DNA from: a bacterium
GTDB taxonomy: Bacteria; SAR324; NAC60-12
Assembly (NCBI GenBank): GCA_965205865.1
Contig: CBDBHR010000029.1
Span: 576,001-640,000, forward strand
Direction of reading: 5' to 3'
DNA length: 64,000 bases
Shown here in pieces: positions 1 through 11,231 of this stretch. The notes below the pieces were generated by a model, which saw nothing but the letters and a program-made list of their open reading frames with translations, had not been told where the DNA came from and searched no databases. The stretch's first letter is position 1. Each line of letters starts with the position of its first letter. Both the position numbers and the translations under genes were made by a program.

Positions 1-1974
1 TACTGAAACAATCAGCGACTGACTGGGCAGATCAATTTCCCTGACGCGTTTGCCGACAACTGGGGAATGAGAGGCAATCCGCACCTCGACAAGACTGGTA
101 CCATCCAGTTTCTCCAGACGAATCATGTCGCTATGATGTTGTTTTTCCGCTTTCTTGAGAATGGCTTGATTGTATGCTCGAATGATTTCAATGCGGCTCA
201 CCAGTCCCACCAGTTTTTTCTTTTCCTCGTCCAAAACAGGCAGCCGACCAATGTCGTGATCACCGAGGCGGCGCAGAGCCATCCACATGGGTTCGTAAGG
301 GTAAGCAATCTGCAACTCATTTGTCGTTGCAACGTCCAATGCCGTTTTTTCTTCCAATTCCCCTGTACTGAGCGTATTTTCCAGATCCTCGAGGGTTACG
401 ATCCCCTGCAAATCTCCCTGCTCATCCACAACTGGGAAACCATGATGGTGAGTGTGAGCAAATTTCTTCATCAAGTCTTTGAATGGCATCTTGGCCGAAA
501 TCAATTCCATATTGCGACTCATCACCTCGCCAACAGTGATCCCCTGCATGACGTCGACGTCTTCAACTCCCAAATCCAATTGGACGCCACGCCGACTGAG
601 CTTGAGGGTGTAAATGGATTCTTCACTGATCATACGGGAAACCAATGTACTGACTACAGTAGCTAACATGAGAGGTAAAATTATATTGTAATCACCCGTC
701 ATCTCGAACAATATCAGGATGGCAGTGATTGGCGCATGAGCAGCCCCACTGAAGAAAGCAGCCATCCCCACCAGCGCATAAGCTCCCGAAGAGGCCGTGA
801 GTTCCGGAAAAACCTGGTTTGCCAGCTGACCAAATGCGCTTCCCAGCATGGCTCCCATGAAAAGTGAAGGGGCGAAAATACCTCCCGATCCCCCGGACCC
901 CAAGGTGATGACCGTGGCCAGCATCTTCAAAAATAACAAGGCTGCCACCACGAAGAAGGTCAATTTCCCAAAAATAACTTCGCTGATCGTGTCGTAGCCA
1001 ACCGAGAAAACCCGGGGAAATCCATCCAACTGGAATGAAAAAATGCCAACCACCCCCAAAAGCAGGCCTCCCAGCATAGGCTTGATGTACTCCGGTAGGG
1101 GAATCTTATTCCACATGTCCTCGGAAAAATAGAGCAGGCGGGTGAACCCCACGGAGGCTACGGCAGCGACTGCTCCCAGAATGGCGTACAAAAACAATTC
1201 CCACGGATTGACCAGAGAATTGACAGGAACCGAGAATGTGCGCAAATCGCCTTCAAAGAGATGGGCGATGACGTCGGCGATGACGGCCGAAATGACCACC
1301 GCGCCAAAGTAAAGACTGTTTATGCGACTCAAAACCACTTCCAATGCGAAGATCGATCCGGCAATCGGAGCGTTGAAAGTGGCAGCAATACCTCCCGCCG
1401 CTCCACAGGCGACCAGAGTGCGGAGATGGTCATCGGAAAGTTTGAGCCATTGTCCGACGGTAGAGCCCAAGGCCGCCCCGATTTGAGCAATCGGGCCTTC
1501 CCGTCCGACGGAGCCACCGGTGCCGATACAGATCGAAGATGCCAGAGATTTGACAAGCACCACCGGAGGACGAATCCTTCCGCCACGCAGGGCTACTGCT
1601 TCCATGATCTCAGGCACTCCATGCCCTTTGGCCTCGCGAGCAAAGCGGTAAATGAGGGGTCCGATGATTGCGCCGCCAAGAGCAGGAAGGATCATCAGAT
1701 GAAAAGGGGCGATGGATTTGAGAAACCCACCTATTTGACTGTAAGACAAATGATGGACGCCCTCGATGAGGTAACGAAAGGCAACAGCTCCCAAACCGGC
1801 CCCGATGCCTACGATCACTGCCGTCAGTAAATATGCGCCCGATTCCGGAGTCTTGTAACGTCCTAACGATTGTTGCAGGTTTCGGCGCAGCGTATAGAGG
1901 GATATACCAATTTTGCGGCGAAAAGAGGGTTGAATCATCGGCAAAAGGATTTTGTATTTGAGAGGGTTTACCAT
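1..1974 (-). CDS. ClC-family chloride channel/H+ antiporter with C-terminal CBS domains (3' end outside window)
   Basis: Manual minus-strand translation from ATG 1974 gives GHGVPE, GGSVGREGP, GAAGGIAATFNAP and ESIYTLKL. Absent from the ORF track because it has no stop in the window. Confidence 0.9.
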   Translation of the reverse strand, partial: MVNPLKYKILLPMIQPSFRRKIGISLYTLRRNLQQSLGRYKTPESGAYLLTAVIVGIGAGLGAVAFRYLIEGVHHLSYSQIGGFLKSIAPFHLMILPALGGAIIGPLIYRFAREAKGHGVPEIMEAVALRGGRIRPPVVLVKSLASSICIGTGGSVGREGPIAQIGAALGSTVGQWLKLSDDHLRTLVACGAAGGIAATFNAPIAGSIFALEVVLSRINSLYFGAVVISAVIADVIAHLFEGDLRTFSVPVNSLVNPWELFLYAILGAVAAVASVGFTRLLYFSEDMWNKIPLPEYIKPMLGGLLLGVVGIFSFQLDGFPRVFSVGYDTISEVIFGKLTFFVVAALLFLKMLATVITLGSGGSGGIFAPSLFMGAMLGSAFGQLANQVFPELTASSGAYALVGMAAFFSGAAHAPITAILILFEMTGDYNIILPLMLATVVSTLVSRMISEESIYTLKLSRRGVQLDLGVEDVDVMQGITVGEVMSRNMELISAKMPFKDLMKKFAHTHHHGFPVVDEQGDLQGIVTLEDLENTLSTGELEEKTALDVATTNELQIAYPYEPMWMALRRLGDHDIGRLPVLDEEKKKLVGLVSRIEIIRAYNQAILKKAEKQHHSDMIRLEKLDGTSLVEVRIASHSPVVGKRVREIDLPSQSLIVSV

Positions 1975-2193
1975 GCAAAATGGCGCGGTATGTTCAATAG
2001 ATACAATTCCCTCTTGAAAATCAAGGCAAAATAGTCGGTTTCTTTGCTATATTTCAAATTCAGACGCTTTGCTTCCCCTGAGACCAAAGCGGTGGAGTCG
2101 GCGTTTCCGTTTATATAGCCATTATATGATGAATCAGTTATAGTGAGCTTTACTTGATAACCACCTTACTTCAGACGAAAATCGATATCTCCT

Positions 2194-4248
2194 GTGCAAG
2201 CTTCACGAATAAAAATAGGGGGCGCGACGCTCAATCAAATTCCTTTGGACTGGCGGGGAAACCGGGATCGTATTCTGCAAGCCGTTGTCCGGGCGCGGCA
2301 AGAAGGGGTGGCGATATTATGCTTACCGGAGTTATGCCTTTCGGGATATGGCTGCGAAGACGCGTTTCATGCGGCCGGTGTCAGTGAAACGGCATGGCGG
2401 ATACTATTGGAAATTCTTCCTCATACTTGCGGGATTGCGGTTGCGCTGGGATTGCCAATTCACTCGAATCATGTGCTCTACAATGGTTTGGCGCTCGTTT
2501 GTGACGGCCGCATTTGCGGGGTTGCCGCCAAGCAGTTTTTGCCAGGAGACGATCTGTATTATGAACCACGCTGGTTCAAACCCTGGCCTGCCGGCAAAGT
2601 GCGGATCCTGCGACATCAGGATATTTCGGTGCCATTGGGAGATTTGATTTTTGATCTGGGCATACTGCGTATCGGAGTCGAGATTTGTGAAGATGCCTGG
2701 GTAGCCAATCGTCCGGCAGGACGACTGGCTGCTCAGGGGGTTGACCTGATCCTCAATGCCAGTGCCAGTCACTTCGCTTTGGATCGCTATGATGCCCGAC
2801 GTCAAATCGTGGAAGAAGGCGCTCGCGCGACCAGCACAACCTACCTTTACAGCAATTTGCTGGGTTGCGAAGCAGGGAGAATTCTTTATGATGGCACCGT
2901 CTTGATTGCCTCCGGCAACCAGGGCATTCTGGCGGAAGGTCCTCGTTTTTCCTATCAAGACATGGTCTTGACAAATGCGGTGATCGACTTGGAATTGAAT
3001 CGCCTGCAGCGTCGTAAAAATGTCAATTATCATCCCCTGGACACTCCCCCTGAAAATTTAGTGGTTTGCCCGTTTCCATGGAATCGCTTTTCAGAAGAAT
3101 CCACGCTTTCTATTCCCCTGGGGGATATATCTTCACGACCCGGCCGTTCACCTGCTTCTTTATCGCGCTTTGAGGAATTCACCCATGCCGTCGCTCTTGG
3201 ATTGTGGGATTATTTGAGAAAAAGCCGGAGTCAGGGATTCGTTATTTCCATCAGTGGCGGCGCAGATTCAGCAACAGTGGCGGTGTTGATCCATGTGATG
3301 GCAAATCTTGCGCTGAAAGAATTGGGATGGCAAAACTTTTCCGGGAAGCTGGCGCATCTTTCCTGGCTGCCAACTGGCAAAGAGTGGAGTGTCGCCGAAG
3401 TGATGTCCCATTTGCTACTCACCGTTTATCAGGCCAGTGAACATTCTTCTCTAACCACTTATACCGCCGCTCGGGAATTGACTCGCGCGCTCCATGCCCG
3501 TTTCATTGAATTCAACATCTCCTCCGTGGTCGAAAATTATACGAATTGGCTGTCAAATGTGCTGCAACGTCCCCTCAGCTGGGAGGTGGACGATCTGGCC
3601 CTGCAAAACATTCAAGCCAGGGTGCGCGGCCCCAGTGTGTGGCTGTTGGCCAATACCTGCGGCGCCCTTTTACTTTCGACCAGCAACCGCAGCGAAGCCG
3701 CGGTGGGTTACACTACTATGGATGGCGACACCTGTGGAGGCTTGAGTCCCATTGCCGGGATCGACAAGGCATTCATTTTACGCTGGTTGCAATGGATGGA
3801 AACACAGAATGAGATTGGCGTGGGTCCGTTGCCGGTTTTGAAATTGATCACGGCTCAAAAACCAACTGCGGAGCTGCGTCCGTCAAGCAGCAAACAATCG
3901 GATGAAGACGACTTGATGCCCTATCCGATCTTGGATGCCATTGAACGGCTGGCCATTCGAGACCACAAAATGCCCCTGCAAGTCTGGCAAGATCTGCAGG
4001 GGAAATTGTCTCTTGCAAAACAATACTCCCCCCAGCGCTTGGCGTCATTTGTCGAGCGATTTTTCCAATTATGGAGCCGCAATCAATGGAAACGGGAACG
4101 CTATGCTCCTTCCTTTCACTTGGATGATGAAAATCTCGATCCCAAAACCTGGTGCCGTTTTCCGATTCTCTCAGGAGGATTCGCAGAAGAACTCAAATTG
4201 CTTCGCAATGAGGTTTCACAGAAGAATCATAGCGATACCTGCAATTGA
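2194..4248 (+). CDS. nadE: Glutamine-dependent NAD+ synthetase
   Basis: Nitrilase domain (PEL, EICED), SGGADS, QNIQAR and PTAEL motifs. Confidence 0.95.
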   Translation: MQASRIKIGGATLNQIPLDWRGNRDRILQAVVRARQEGVAILCLPELCLSGYGCEDAFHAAGVSETAWRILLEILPHTCGIAVALGLPIHSNHVLYNGLALVCDGRICGVAAKQFLPGDDLYYEPRWFKPWPAGKVRILRHQDISVPLGDLIFDLGILRIGVEICEDAWVANRPAGRLAAQGVDLILNASASHFALDRYDARRQIVEEGARATSTTYLYSNLLGCEAGRILYDGTVLIASGNQGILAEGPRFSYQDMVLTNAVIDLELNRLQRRKNVNYHPLDTPPENLVVCPFPWNRFSEESTLSIPLGDISSRPGRSPASLSRFEEFTHAVALGLWDYLRKSRSQGFVISISGGADSATVAVLIHVMANLALKELGWQNFSGKLAHLSWLPTGKEWSVAEVMSHLLLTVYQASEHSSLTTYTAARELTRALHARFIEFNISSVVENYTNWLSNVLQRPLSWEVDDLALQNIQARVRGPSVWLLANTCGALLLSTSNRSEAAVGYTTMDGDTCGGLSPIAGIDKAFILRWLQWMETQNEIGVGPLPVLKLITAQKPTAELRPSSSKQSDEDDLMPYPILDAIERLAIRDHKMPLQVWQDLQGKLSLAKQYSPQRLASFVERFFQLWSRNQWKRERYAPSFHLDDENLDPKTWCRFPILSGGFAEELKLLRNEVSQKNHSDTCN

Positions 4249-4276
4249 TATCTTTGTTTTCCGAAAAGCACTCAAT

Positions 4277-6013
4277 TCAATATTTTTTTTCTGGCTCGAG
4301 GCTGACGGGGACAATAGGAAGGTTGTCGATGAGCCTGGGAATCCAGCGCGCTAGTCCGTGTTTGGGAGCCGGATGAAGCCAGGCAACCGGGATTCCGAAA
4401 CGCGCTAACTGCCGCAAGGCATGACGAAAAGTTTGCAGAGCTTTTTGAGCGCTTTCTCCAGGCTGGGGGCTGGTCAATCCATCGGAGCAGATCAGAATGC
4501 GATCCCCCGCTCCAACACCTTGGCGTTGGATGCCACGGATGAGTTGCTGAAGACACTGGGCCAAATGACTCTTCCCTCCCGCTTCGTTCAAGGCAAGCAG
4601 GGCGGATTCTGTCTGTCGGATGGTTCCTCGACGCAATAGCCACGAAGGGCGACTGTCTCTTAAAAGCAATATATGGAAGCGGCAGGCGCGTGCCAGGGGA
4701 CTGGAAGACAATAACACATTGCGCGCCTCAGCCAAAAAACGAAGGGCTGCCGTAGAACGGCTGGCATCGAGGAAAATCCAGACATTGGCTTTACGAGTGG
4801 GATAATGGAATCGCATTTGCCAATTGCGGCTTCCCGGCTTCCATCCTTGCTTGACGGATGCCAAAAAAGAATTGAACCAGCAGATCCTGGAGTCCGCATA
4901 CTCTATTCCCCCGATTGCGCCGGTGGAATTATTGGATTGTTTGTGAGACCCGGTGGATGGCAAATCCGTTTGCCACCAAGCCTCCAGTATCTCATACCCC
5001 CGTGGCTCGGCTGCCCTCAGTTTTAGATTGTCCCACCGGGATTCAAGGGGAGCCATAGAAGTTTTCAAGGCAACAGGTGGCGACACACCCGATCGTGGGG
5101 CGGAATTTGATAGTTTTTCTTTGATTCGGGGAGCAGCGTGAGGTGGTATTCGATTTTCCCGTTGACGATGACCCAGACAGAGAATCCAAGCGGCATCGAC
5201 GTCTTCCGCTTCCACGTTTTGTCGTCCCTCCCAGGCGGCCAGGCAACGTGAGGTTCTCAAAGCCGCCAATTCAGCCCGCACTCCTTCCATTTTCAGATCT
5301 CTGGCAGTCTGGGCAATGTCCCTGCGCAAAGTGTCCGGAATATGGAGGGAGGGCAGTCGTCTACGAGCTTGCAAAATTTGCTTTTTCAAGATGTCTAAGG
5401 CAGACTGGTAACTCCCGATGAAGGCGGTTTGATTATCGTCAAATGCCATGCGACGTTCCACAATGGTCATCCGCTCCTCCACCGAGTAATCATCCGATAT
5501 TAAAATCCCATGAGAAAAGCGATCCAAAAGCTGAGGTCGCAAATCTCCTTCTTCCGGATTCATCGAACCAACCAGAATATAGTGGGCCGCCACCTCTGAG
5601 GAAATCCCATCCCGCTCTATCCGGTGAGTGCCGCTTGCCGCAGAATCGAGGATGGAATCGGACAGATGATCCGGCATCAAATTGATTTCATCAATGTACA
5701 ACACCCCCCGATGAGCTTGTTGGATCAAACCAATGCGAGATGACCATTTTCCCTTCTCCAGCAGGGAAGCAGCATCCATGGAGCCCAACAGCCGGTCTTC
5801 AGTGGCGCCCAGTGGAACCTCCACGAATGGCGCGTCGTCGCCTTCGAAGGGAGGCAGGGCTTGCGCAAATGCGCGGGCCAGAGTGCTTTTTGCGCACCCT
5901 CGGTGTCCCAATAGAATCAGTCCTCCCAGGTGCGGGTCGATAGCATGGCAAAGCATGGAGCTTTTAGCGCGCTCCATCCCTACGATGGCAGTGAAAGGAA
6001 AAGGGACACTCAT
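4277..6013 (-). CDS. ChlI/ChlD-like chelatase ATPase subunit (AAA+ plus vWA), probable cobaltochelatase partner
   Basis: FPFTAIVG, Walker A GHRGCAKST, LYIDEIN, MNPEEGDLRPQLLDRF and MIDAS DASRS. Overlaps the cobN stop. Confidence 0.85.
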   Translation of the reverse strand: MSVPFPFTAIVGMERAKSSMLCHAIDPHLGGLILLGHRGCAKSTLARAFAQALPPFEGDDAPFVEVPLGATEDRLLGSMDAASLLEKGKWSSRIGLIQQAHRGVLYIDEINLMPDHLSDSILDSAASGTHRIERDGISSEVAAHYILVGSMNPEEGDLRPQLLDRFSHGILISDDYSVEERMTIVERRMAFDDNQTAFIGSYQSALDILKKQILQARRRLPSLHIPDTLRRDIAQTARDLKMEGVRAELAALRTSRCLAAWEGRQNVEAEDVDAAWILCLGHRQRENRIPPHAAPRIKEKLSNSAPRSGVSPPVALKTSMAPLESRWDNLKLRAAEPRGYEILEAWWQTDLPSTGSHKQSNNSTGAIGGIEYADSRICWFNSFLASVKQGWKPGSRNWQMRFHYPTRKANVWIFLDASRSTAALRFLAEARNVLLSSSPLARACRFHILLLRDSRPSWLLRRGTIRQTESALLALNEAGGKSHLAQCLQQLIRGIQRQGVGAGDRILICSDGLTSPQPGESAQKALQTFRHALRQLARFGIPVAWLHPAPKHGLARWIPRLIDNLPIVPVSLEPEKKY

Positions 6014-9000
6014 TCCAGTTGCCCTTCTAATTCGATAAGGTTCAATTCCAATGCTTCGATGGTTTGCGGACTAGCTTCTTGCCAGAGCCCGCGTTCGTGG
6101 GCTTCGAGCAATCGTTTGACGGAATCCTGCAGAGCCGCGGGATTGTGGCGTTTGAAAAAATCCTGCTGTTTCTCATCCAAAAAAAGTTTGTGGGCCAGTT
6201 CTTCATATTGATAGTCTGCCACAATATCACAGGTGGCGTCATATCCAAAAATATAATCCGCAGTCGCAGCCATTTCAAATGCTCCTTTGTAGCCATGCTT
6301 TTTCATGGCTTCAATCCAGCGAGGATTGAGCACTCGGCTGCGAAAAACACGATTGAATTCCTCGGAAAGAGTTCTCACTTTGACCTGATCCGGTTGGCTG
6401 GAATCGCCATGGTAGGTGATGGGTGCTTGCCCTCGAATGGAATGAACTGCAGCATGCAACCCTCCCTGGAATTGGAAATAATCGTCGGAGTCCAAAATAT
6501 CATGTTCCCGATTGTCTTGATTTTGATGGACGACCTCGACGGCTCCGAGGCGGTTCTCAAACAGAGCCATTTGTTCACTGCTGCTGCCATCGGTGTCATA
6601 AGCATGCCCCCCCCATTTCAGAAAAACCTTTGTCAAATCCTCCCGGCTCTCCCAATTCCCCCCGTCAATGAGAGGCAACAGTCCGGCGCCATAGGATCCG
6701 GGACCGGAGCTGAAGACCCTCAGATAGGCCATCCGTTCGCATTGCTCTCCAGCAATCCCTTGTTCGCTCAATTGTTTTTTTTCCTTTAACCAGGCTGCTC
6801 GAATGGGATTGAGTTCTTCAGGTTCTTCCAAAACCGCCAGCCGTTTGGGGATGGTGGCCAACAGCCGCATTGTGTCGCCAAATGCGTCTCGAAACAAGCC
6901 GGACACGCGCAAAAGAACGTCGACTCGAGGTCGCCCCAACAAATGGGCGGGATGAATCTGAAAATCGATGATCCGCCCGGAAACACGTTCCCAGACTGGC
7001 TCACACCCCCACAACCACAAGGCTTGGGCAATATCATCTCCGCCAGTGCGCATATTGGAAGTACCCCAAATCACCATGGCAATGCTGCGTGGATAGCTTC
7101 CATGATCCTCTTGATGACGTTCCAACAAACGCTCCGCTATTTGTTTTCCGCAAAGCCATGAGGTGGGAGTGGGGATCATACGGGGATCAATGGAAAAAAA
7201 GTTGCGTCCGGTGGGTAATACGTCAATGCGTCCCCTTGTGGGGGCCCCGGAAGGACCGGGAGCGATGAATCGACCGCTCAAGCCTTGGAGCAAATTTTTC
7301 ATTTCATCCTGACACTGCATCAAGCGCGGATGGAGATGATCGTAAAGAAGCTGGCGGAGAATTTTCAAATGTTCGCTCTCCTCTTCAGGAAAAACGCGTT
7401 TTTCGAGGGCATTCTCTATCCAAAGGCGGGCTTTTTGATCAAGGGCATCACGTTCACTGATTGAAAGCTGCTCCATATCGAAATCGTTTTCGCGTCCCAG
7501 CAGACTATGCAAGAGTCCGGGATAGTGCGCAGAGGGCATGCGCAGCAGACTGAGCAGAAAATCGATTTTCTGGCCTCCTTGAGGGTTTTGACCAAATATA
7601 TGCAATCCGCTGCGAATCTGACTTTCTTTGATTTCGCACAAGTAATTTCCGAGCGCACTGAGCCAATCCCCCTCCTTTGGCAACTCCTCCCGCCAGGCGG
7701 CATGTTCCAGGAGATGTTCAATTTCATGTTCCAACGCCAGGGCTCGTTCGGGATAAAGCGTTTCACAGTGCGCGTGTTCTTCCAAAAGGCGCTCGATCCG
7801 TTGTAAATCGTCATAAAGACCCGCACGAGCCAGTGGTGGGGTGAGATGATCGACAATGGCTGCCGAAGTCCGGCGTTTGGCTTGCGTGCCCTCCCCGGGA
7901 TTGTTGACGATAAAAGGATAAAGATGCGGCACTGTCCCTATACAGATGCGCGGGAAATCCTCGGCACCCAGCACAACACTTCTTCCCGGAAGCCACTCCA
8001 GGTTGCCATGCTTGCCGAAATGGATGATGGCTTGAACCTGAAACACTTCGCGCAGCCATAAATAAAAACTGATATATTCCGGAGTGGGAGGCAAATCGGG
8101 ACTGTGATAAATCGCCTGCGTTTGCATGCCAAAACCACGAGGAGGCTGGATGCCGACAAACACATTGCCAAATTGCTTTCCGGGTACGGGAATTGATTCG
8201 GGCAAGTCATGGGACCAGTGTTTTGAAAGTTCTTGATGACAACGGGAGGGCAAAGCGTCGATGAATGCTTCCAACCGCTGTTTGGCAAAGCCTTGCTCGC
8301 AGGGTTTACCATAGCTCGACTCCTCATCATTGGTCTGCAGGGATTGTAGCAAGCGCATCAACCCTTCGCCGTCCTCAGGAACGTCTTGCAGTCGATAGCC
8401 CATTGTTACCAGCTTCTTCATGAAGAGGACGACACTGGCCGGCGTGTCCAATCCCACCCCGTTGCCAATTCGACTGTTTTTGTTGGGGTAGTTGGCCAGG
8501 ACAATGGCAATTTTTTTATCAGCATTGGCTATTTTCCGCAGTAAGGCCCAATTTTTTGCAAGGGCTGCAATGTCCCTTATCTGCTGAGCATGCGGTTGCA
8601 GGCTTTTAATGGCGTACTCCAGTTCGGCCATACCTTGACATTCTTCTTTGAAACCCACCACCGACGTGAGGATGCGGCCATCGATTTCAGGGAGGGCTAC
8701 GTTCATGGCAACGTCGGAAGGAGATAAACCTCTGGGATTTTGCAACCACGCCTTGCGATTTTGGGATGAAACCGGCACTTGCAACACAGGACACCCCAGG
8801 GTCTCCAAAAAAGAAACCCGGTTCCCGTCATTGATACGGATGGAAAAGCTTTGCAGTGTGAGGATCACTTGGGGGGCCTTTGTTTGCGCCGCACGGAGCA
8901 AGGTTTGCTGGGCATGGTGATCACGCAAACTATACGCATAAAAAGCACGGACGTGGAACCCTGCTACCGCCAGAGCATCCCACAAACAGTCAATCACTGC

Positions 9001-9669
9001 CATATCGCCGGTTTGATACCACGCGCGATAAAAGCAGATCCAGACAAGCGGGTGGTCTGTTGCAAATCTTTGGTCTTTCTGCTGTTTTCCTACAGAAGGT
9101 GTATGGGGCGGATCAACTTTTTGATACCAGCCAAACTTTGTCATCTTGATCAAGGGAGGAAAATTTTCTGAATTTTTCTGCAGCAGCATTCCTATGCATT
9201 CACCGGCATGGCGGAAATTTTCCAGACCGCCTTCCCTGAAATAATCAAAGAGTTGTCGGACAACTAATTCTTCAAAATCGCCATATTGGAAAAGCTCCGC
9301 ATCCCAATGATCGGTTCCTGAGAGGACTACAATGCGTGGAGGAGATCGATGAGTTTTCAGATGAAGCAATGCCTCCATCAAGTACGGAAAATATGCTTTC
9401 CCTCCCAATAAGCGCAAGACGATCAGCTTCGCCTGACTCAAAAGACGTTCGCAATAATCTTCCACCACCATCGGCTTTTGCAAGGGAGCAGCATGAGTGA
9501 TTCGCAAACGCTTGCCAAAGAGTGGCCCCCAGGTTTGCGCCACACACGCCAAATCAGTATCGGCAGCACTGATAAAGACTATTTCTCCAGGAGTCTGTTT
9601 GATTCTTTCATGAGCAAATTCCGCGCTCAACAGTCCGTTTTGGGTGGCAACTCGATGCATGGAGATCAC
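6010..9669 (-). CDS. cobN: Cobaltochelatase subunit CobN
   Basis: 1219 aa with HFGKHGNLEWLPG, LPTGRNF, HNQDNREHDILDSDDY-like and HGYKGAFE motifs. Confidence 0.95.
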   Translation of the reverse strand: MISMHRVATQNGLLSAEFAHERIKQTPGEIVFISAADTDLACVAQTWGPLFGKRLRITHAAPLQKPMVVEDYCERLLSQAKLIVLRLLGGKAYFPYLMEALLHLKTHRSPPRIVVLSGTDHWDAELFQYGDFEELVVRQLFDYFREGGLENFRHAGECIGMLLQKNSENFPPLIKMTKFGWYQKVDPPHTPSVGKQQKDQRFATDHPLVWICFYRAWYQTGDMAVIDCLWDALAVAGFHVRAFYAYSLRDHHAQQTLLRAAQTKAPQVILTLQSFSIRINDGNRVSFLETLGCPVLQVPVSSQNRKAWLQNPRGLSPSDVAMNVALPEIDGRILTSVVGFKEECQGMAELEYAIKSLQPHAQQIRDIAALAKNWALLRKIANADKKIAIVLANYPNKNSRIGNGVGLDTPASVVLFMKKLVTMGYRLQDVPEDGEGLMRLLQSLQTNDEESSYGKPCEQGFAKQRLEAFIDALPSRCHQELSKHWSHDLPESIPVPGKQFGNVFVGIQPPRGFGMQTQAIYHSPDLPPTPEYISFYLWLREVFQVQAIIHFGKHGNLEWLPGRSVVLGAEDFPRICIGTVPHLYPFIVNNPGEGTQAKRRTSAAIVDHLTPPLARAGLYDDLQRIERLLEEHAHCETLYPERALALEHEIEHLLEHAAWREELPKEGDWLSALGNYLCEIKESQIRSGLHIFGQNPQGGQKIDFLLSLLRMPSAHYPGLLHSLLGRENDFDMEQLSISERDALDQKARLWIENALEKRVFPEEESEHLKILRQLLYDHLHPRLMQCQDEMKNLLQGLSGRFIAPGPSGAPTRGRIDVLPTGRNFFSIDPRMIPTPTSWLCGKQIAERLLERHQEDHGSYPRSIAMVIWGTSNMRTGGDDIAQALWLWGCEPVWERVSGRIIDFQIHPAHLLGRPRVDVLLRVSGLFRDAFGDTMRLLATIPKRLAVLEEPEELNPIRAAWLKEKKQLSEQGIAGEQCERMAYLRVFSSGPGSYGAGLLPLIDGGNWESREDLTKVFLKWGGHAYDTDGSSSEQMALFENRLGAVEVVHQNQDNREHDILDSDDYFQFQGGLHAAVHSIRGQAPITYHGDSSQPDQVKVRTLSEEFNRVFRSRVLNPRWIEAMKKHGYKGAFEMAATADYIFGYDATCDIVADYQYEELAHKLFLDEKQQDFFKRHNPAALQDSVKRLLEAHERGLWQEASPQTIEALELNLIELEGQLE

Positions 9670-9819
9670 TCAGACAAAGGAAAGTAAAAAATTCATTCAA
9701 GTGAGGGTTCCCACTCGAGCGAATAAAAGATACTGTGGGAGAAACGTTAAGGAAAAAAGCTTGCATGCGCAAGCGAAATCCTTGACTCCCGCCTTGCCGG
9801 CATCCGGAGCTTGACTTGA

Positions 9820-10821
9820 ATGATTCACCAACCCCTTTTTTCGACCTTCGACTGGCACTTCCCTTTCTTCCTGATGCTCCTCGCCCTGGCACTCGACCAG
9901 ATGCTGGGAGATCCAGTCTATCGTTTCCATCCCGTTCGCATAATCGGCGCCCTCCTGCTTTTTTTTGAAAGGCGCTTGAGACGCTTCGGACTGGATGGAT
10001 ACGGGGGCGGGGTGATCTTGGTTTTTCTGCTCGCTTTCATTGTTATGGGAAGTTACCAGGGAATTTTTCTCTTGTTGAAACAAGAGTATTGGTTTTTGGG
10101 ATGGGCTTGGGAATTATTCATTGTTTATAGCATGGTTGCTCTCAAGGATTTGAAAGCGCATGGACAACGGGTAGTGGTCGCAGCAAAAAAAGGAAGGCTC
10201 GAGCAAGCGCGCCGCCAGACAGGGAAAATGGTTGGCAGGGATACGGATCGTATGGATTTCGCCGCCTGCAAGCGGGCCGTTATCGAGAGTTTCAGTGAAA
10301 ATTTGAGCGATGCCGTGATCGCTCCTCTTCTTTTTTTACTTCTTTTCGGCGTGCCTGGTATGGTCTTTTATAAAACCATCAACACCCTGGATTCGATGGT
10401 GGGTTATCGCCATGGAAAATATCAGCATTTCGGCTGGTTTGCCGCAAGGCTCGATGACCTGCTCAATTGGATTCCGGCTCGTCTGACCTGGCTTTTGATC
10501 AGCGGGACGGCTCTCATTTGTCCGGGCTGTTCTGCCAGGAAGGCTTTCCATATCGGATGGTCTCAGCGCCACTTCCTCCCCAGCCCCAATGCCGGCTGGC
10601 CTCAGGCGGCTGCCGCGGGGGCGCTGCAATTGAAGTTGGTCGGCCCCCTTTGGAGAAAAGGCCAACTGGCCCACAACCATTGGATCGGAGACCCTCGAGA
10701 CCGGGAAGGCGCTACTAGTGAAGACATTGAGCAAATGTCGAAAATTGTCAATGGAAGTACAATTCTCTTCGGGATCGGATATTTTCTCCTGCTAACCTTG
10801 CTTCAACTCTGGGTTGCTTGA
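9820..10821 (+). CDS. cbiB: Adenosylcobinamide-phosphate synthase CbiB/CobD
   Basis: HPV, ENLSDAVIAP, NTLDSMVGY, ARLDD and SPNAGWP motifs. Confidence 0.93.
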   Translation: MIHQPLFSTFDWHFPFFLMLLALALDQMLGDPVYRFHPVRIIGALLLFFERRLRRFGLDGYGGGVILVFLLAFIVMGSYQGIFLLLKQEYWFLGWAWELFIVYSMVALKDLKAHGQRVVVAAKKGRLEQARRQTGKMVGRDTDRMDFAACKRAVIESFSENLSDAVIAPLLFLLLFGVPGMVFYKTINTLDSMVGYRHGKYQHFGWFAARLDDLLNWIPARLTWLLISGTALICPGCSARKAFHIGWSQRHFLPSPNAGWPQAAAAGALQLKLVGPLWRKGQLAHNHWIGDPRDREGATSEDIEQMSKIVNGSTILFGIGYFLLLTLLQLWVA

Positions 10822-11231
10822 TTACGAAACCCCCTCAACATACCTGTCGGCTGATTCAAACAATGGAATGTCACTGGAAACATCATAATATAGCCACTAC
10901 CGATTGGAAAAGGAATGAGCATTTCCGACATCTGAATGCAATTGAACCAATCCATCTGAAGAGCGTCCAAGGAATTCCTCTTTTAGTTCGTATGGATCTT
11001 CAGTATACTGAGCAGATGAAGATATCCTTTACGATCGAATTTAAAAAATCGGCATTCGCCACCTTGAACAGTTTAAACGAGCCGATCGAAACAGAATTCC
11101 GGATGGAATTAAGGCGCAGTTGATACATACGTCCACGGAAGAAACGAGGAATAGGAAATTACTTCGACAGAATCCTCTGGCGGATTGGTAGTTACGAATT
11201 GATCCTTATCGGGTATTTTACGATATCAAAA

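Noticed and set aside
67-1830. Plus-strand ORFs 67-666 and 1261-1830
   Set aside because: They are antisense shadows of the ClC gene.
1-1974. ClC as a fluoride-specific CLC-F linked to crcB
   Set aside because: It has canonical GHGVP/GREGP/Y motifs rather than GNNLI/GREGT, and it lies 14 kb from crcB.
9670-9819. Cobalamin riboswitch between cobN and cbiB
   Set aside because: The gap is short and has no recognisable B12 box.
10818-11123. 101-aa ORF after cbiB, and the 86-aa ORF at 36989-37249
   Set aside because: Neither has a recognisable family, and coding status is unsupported.
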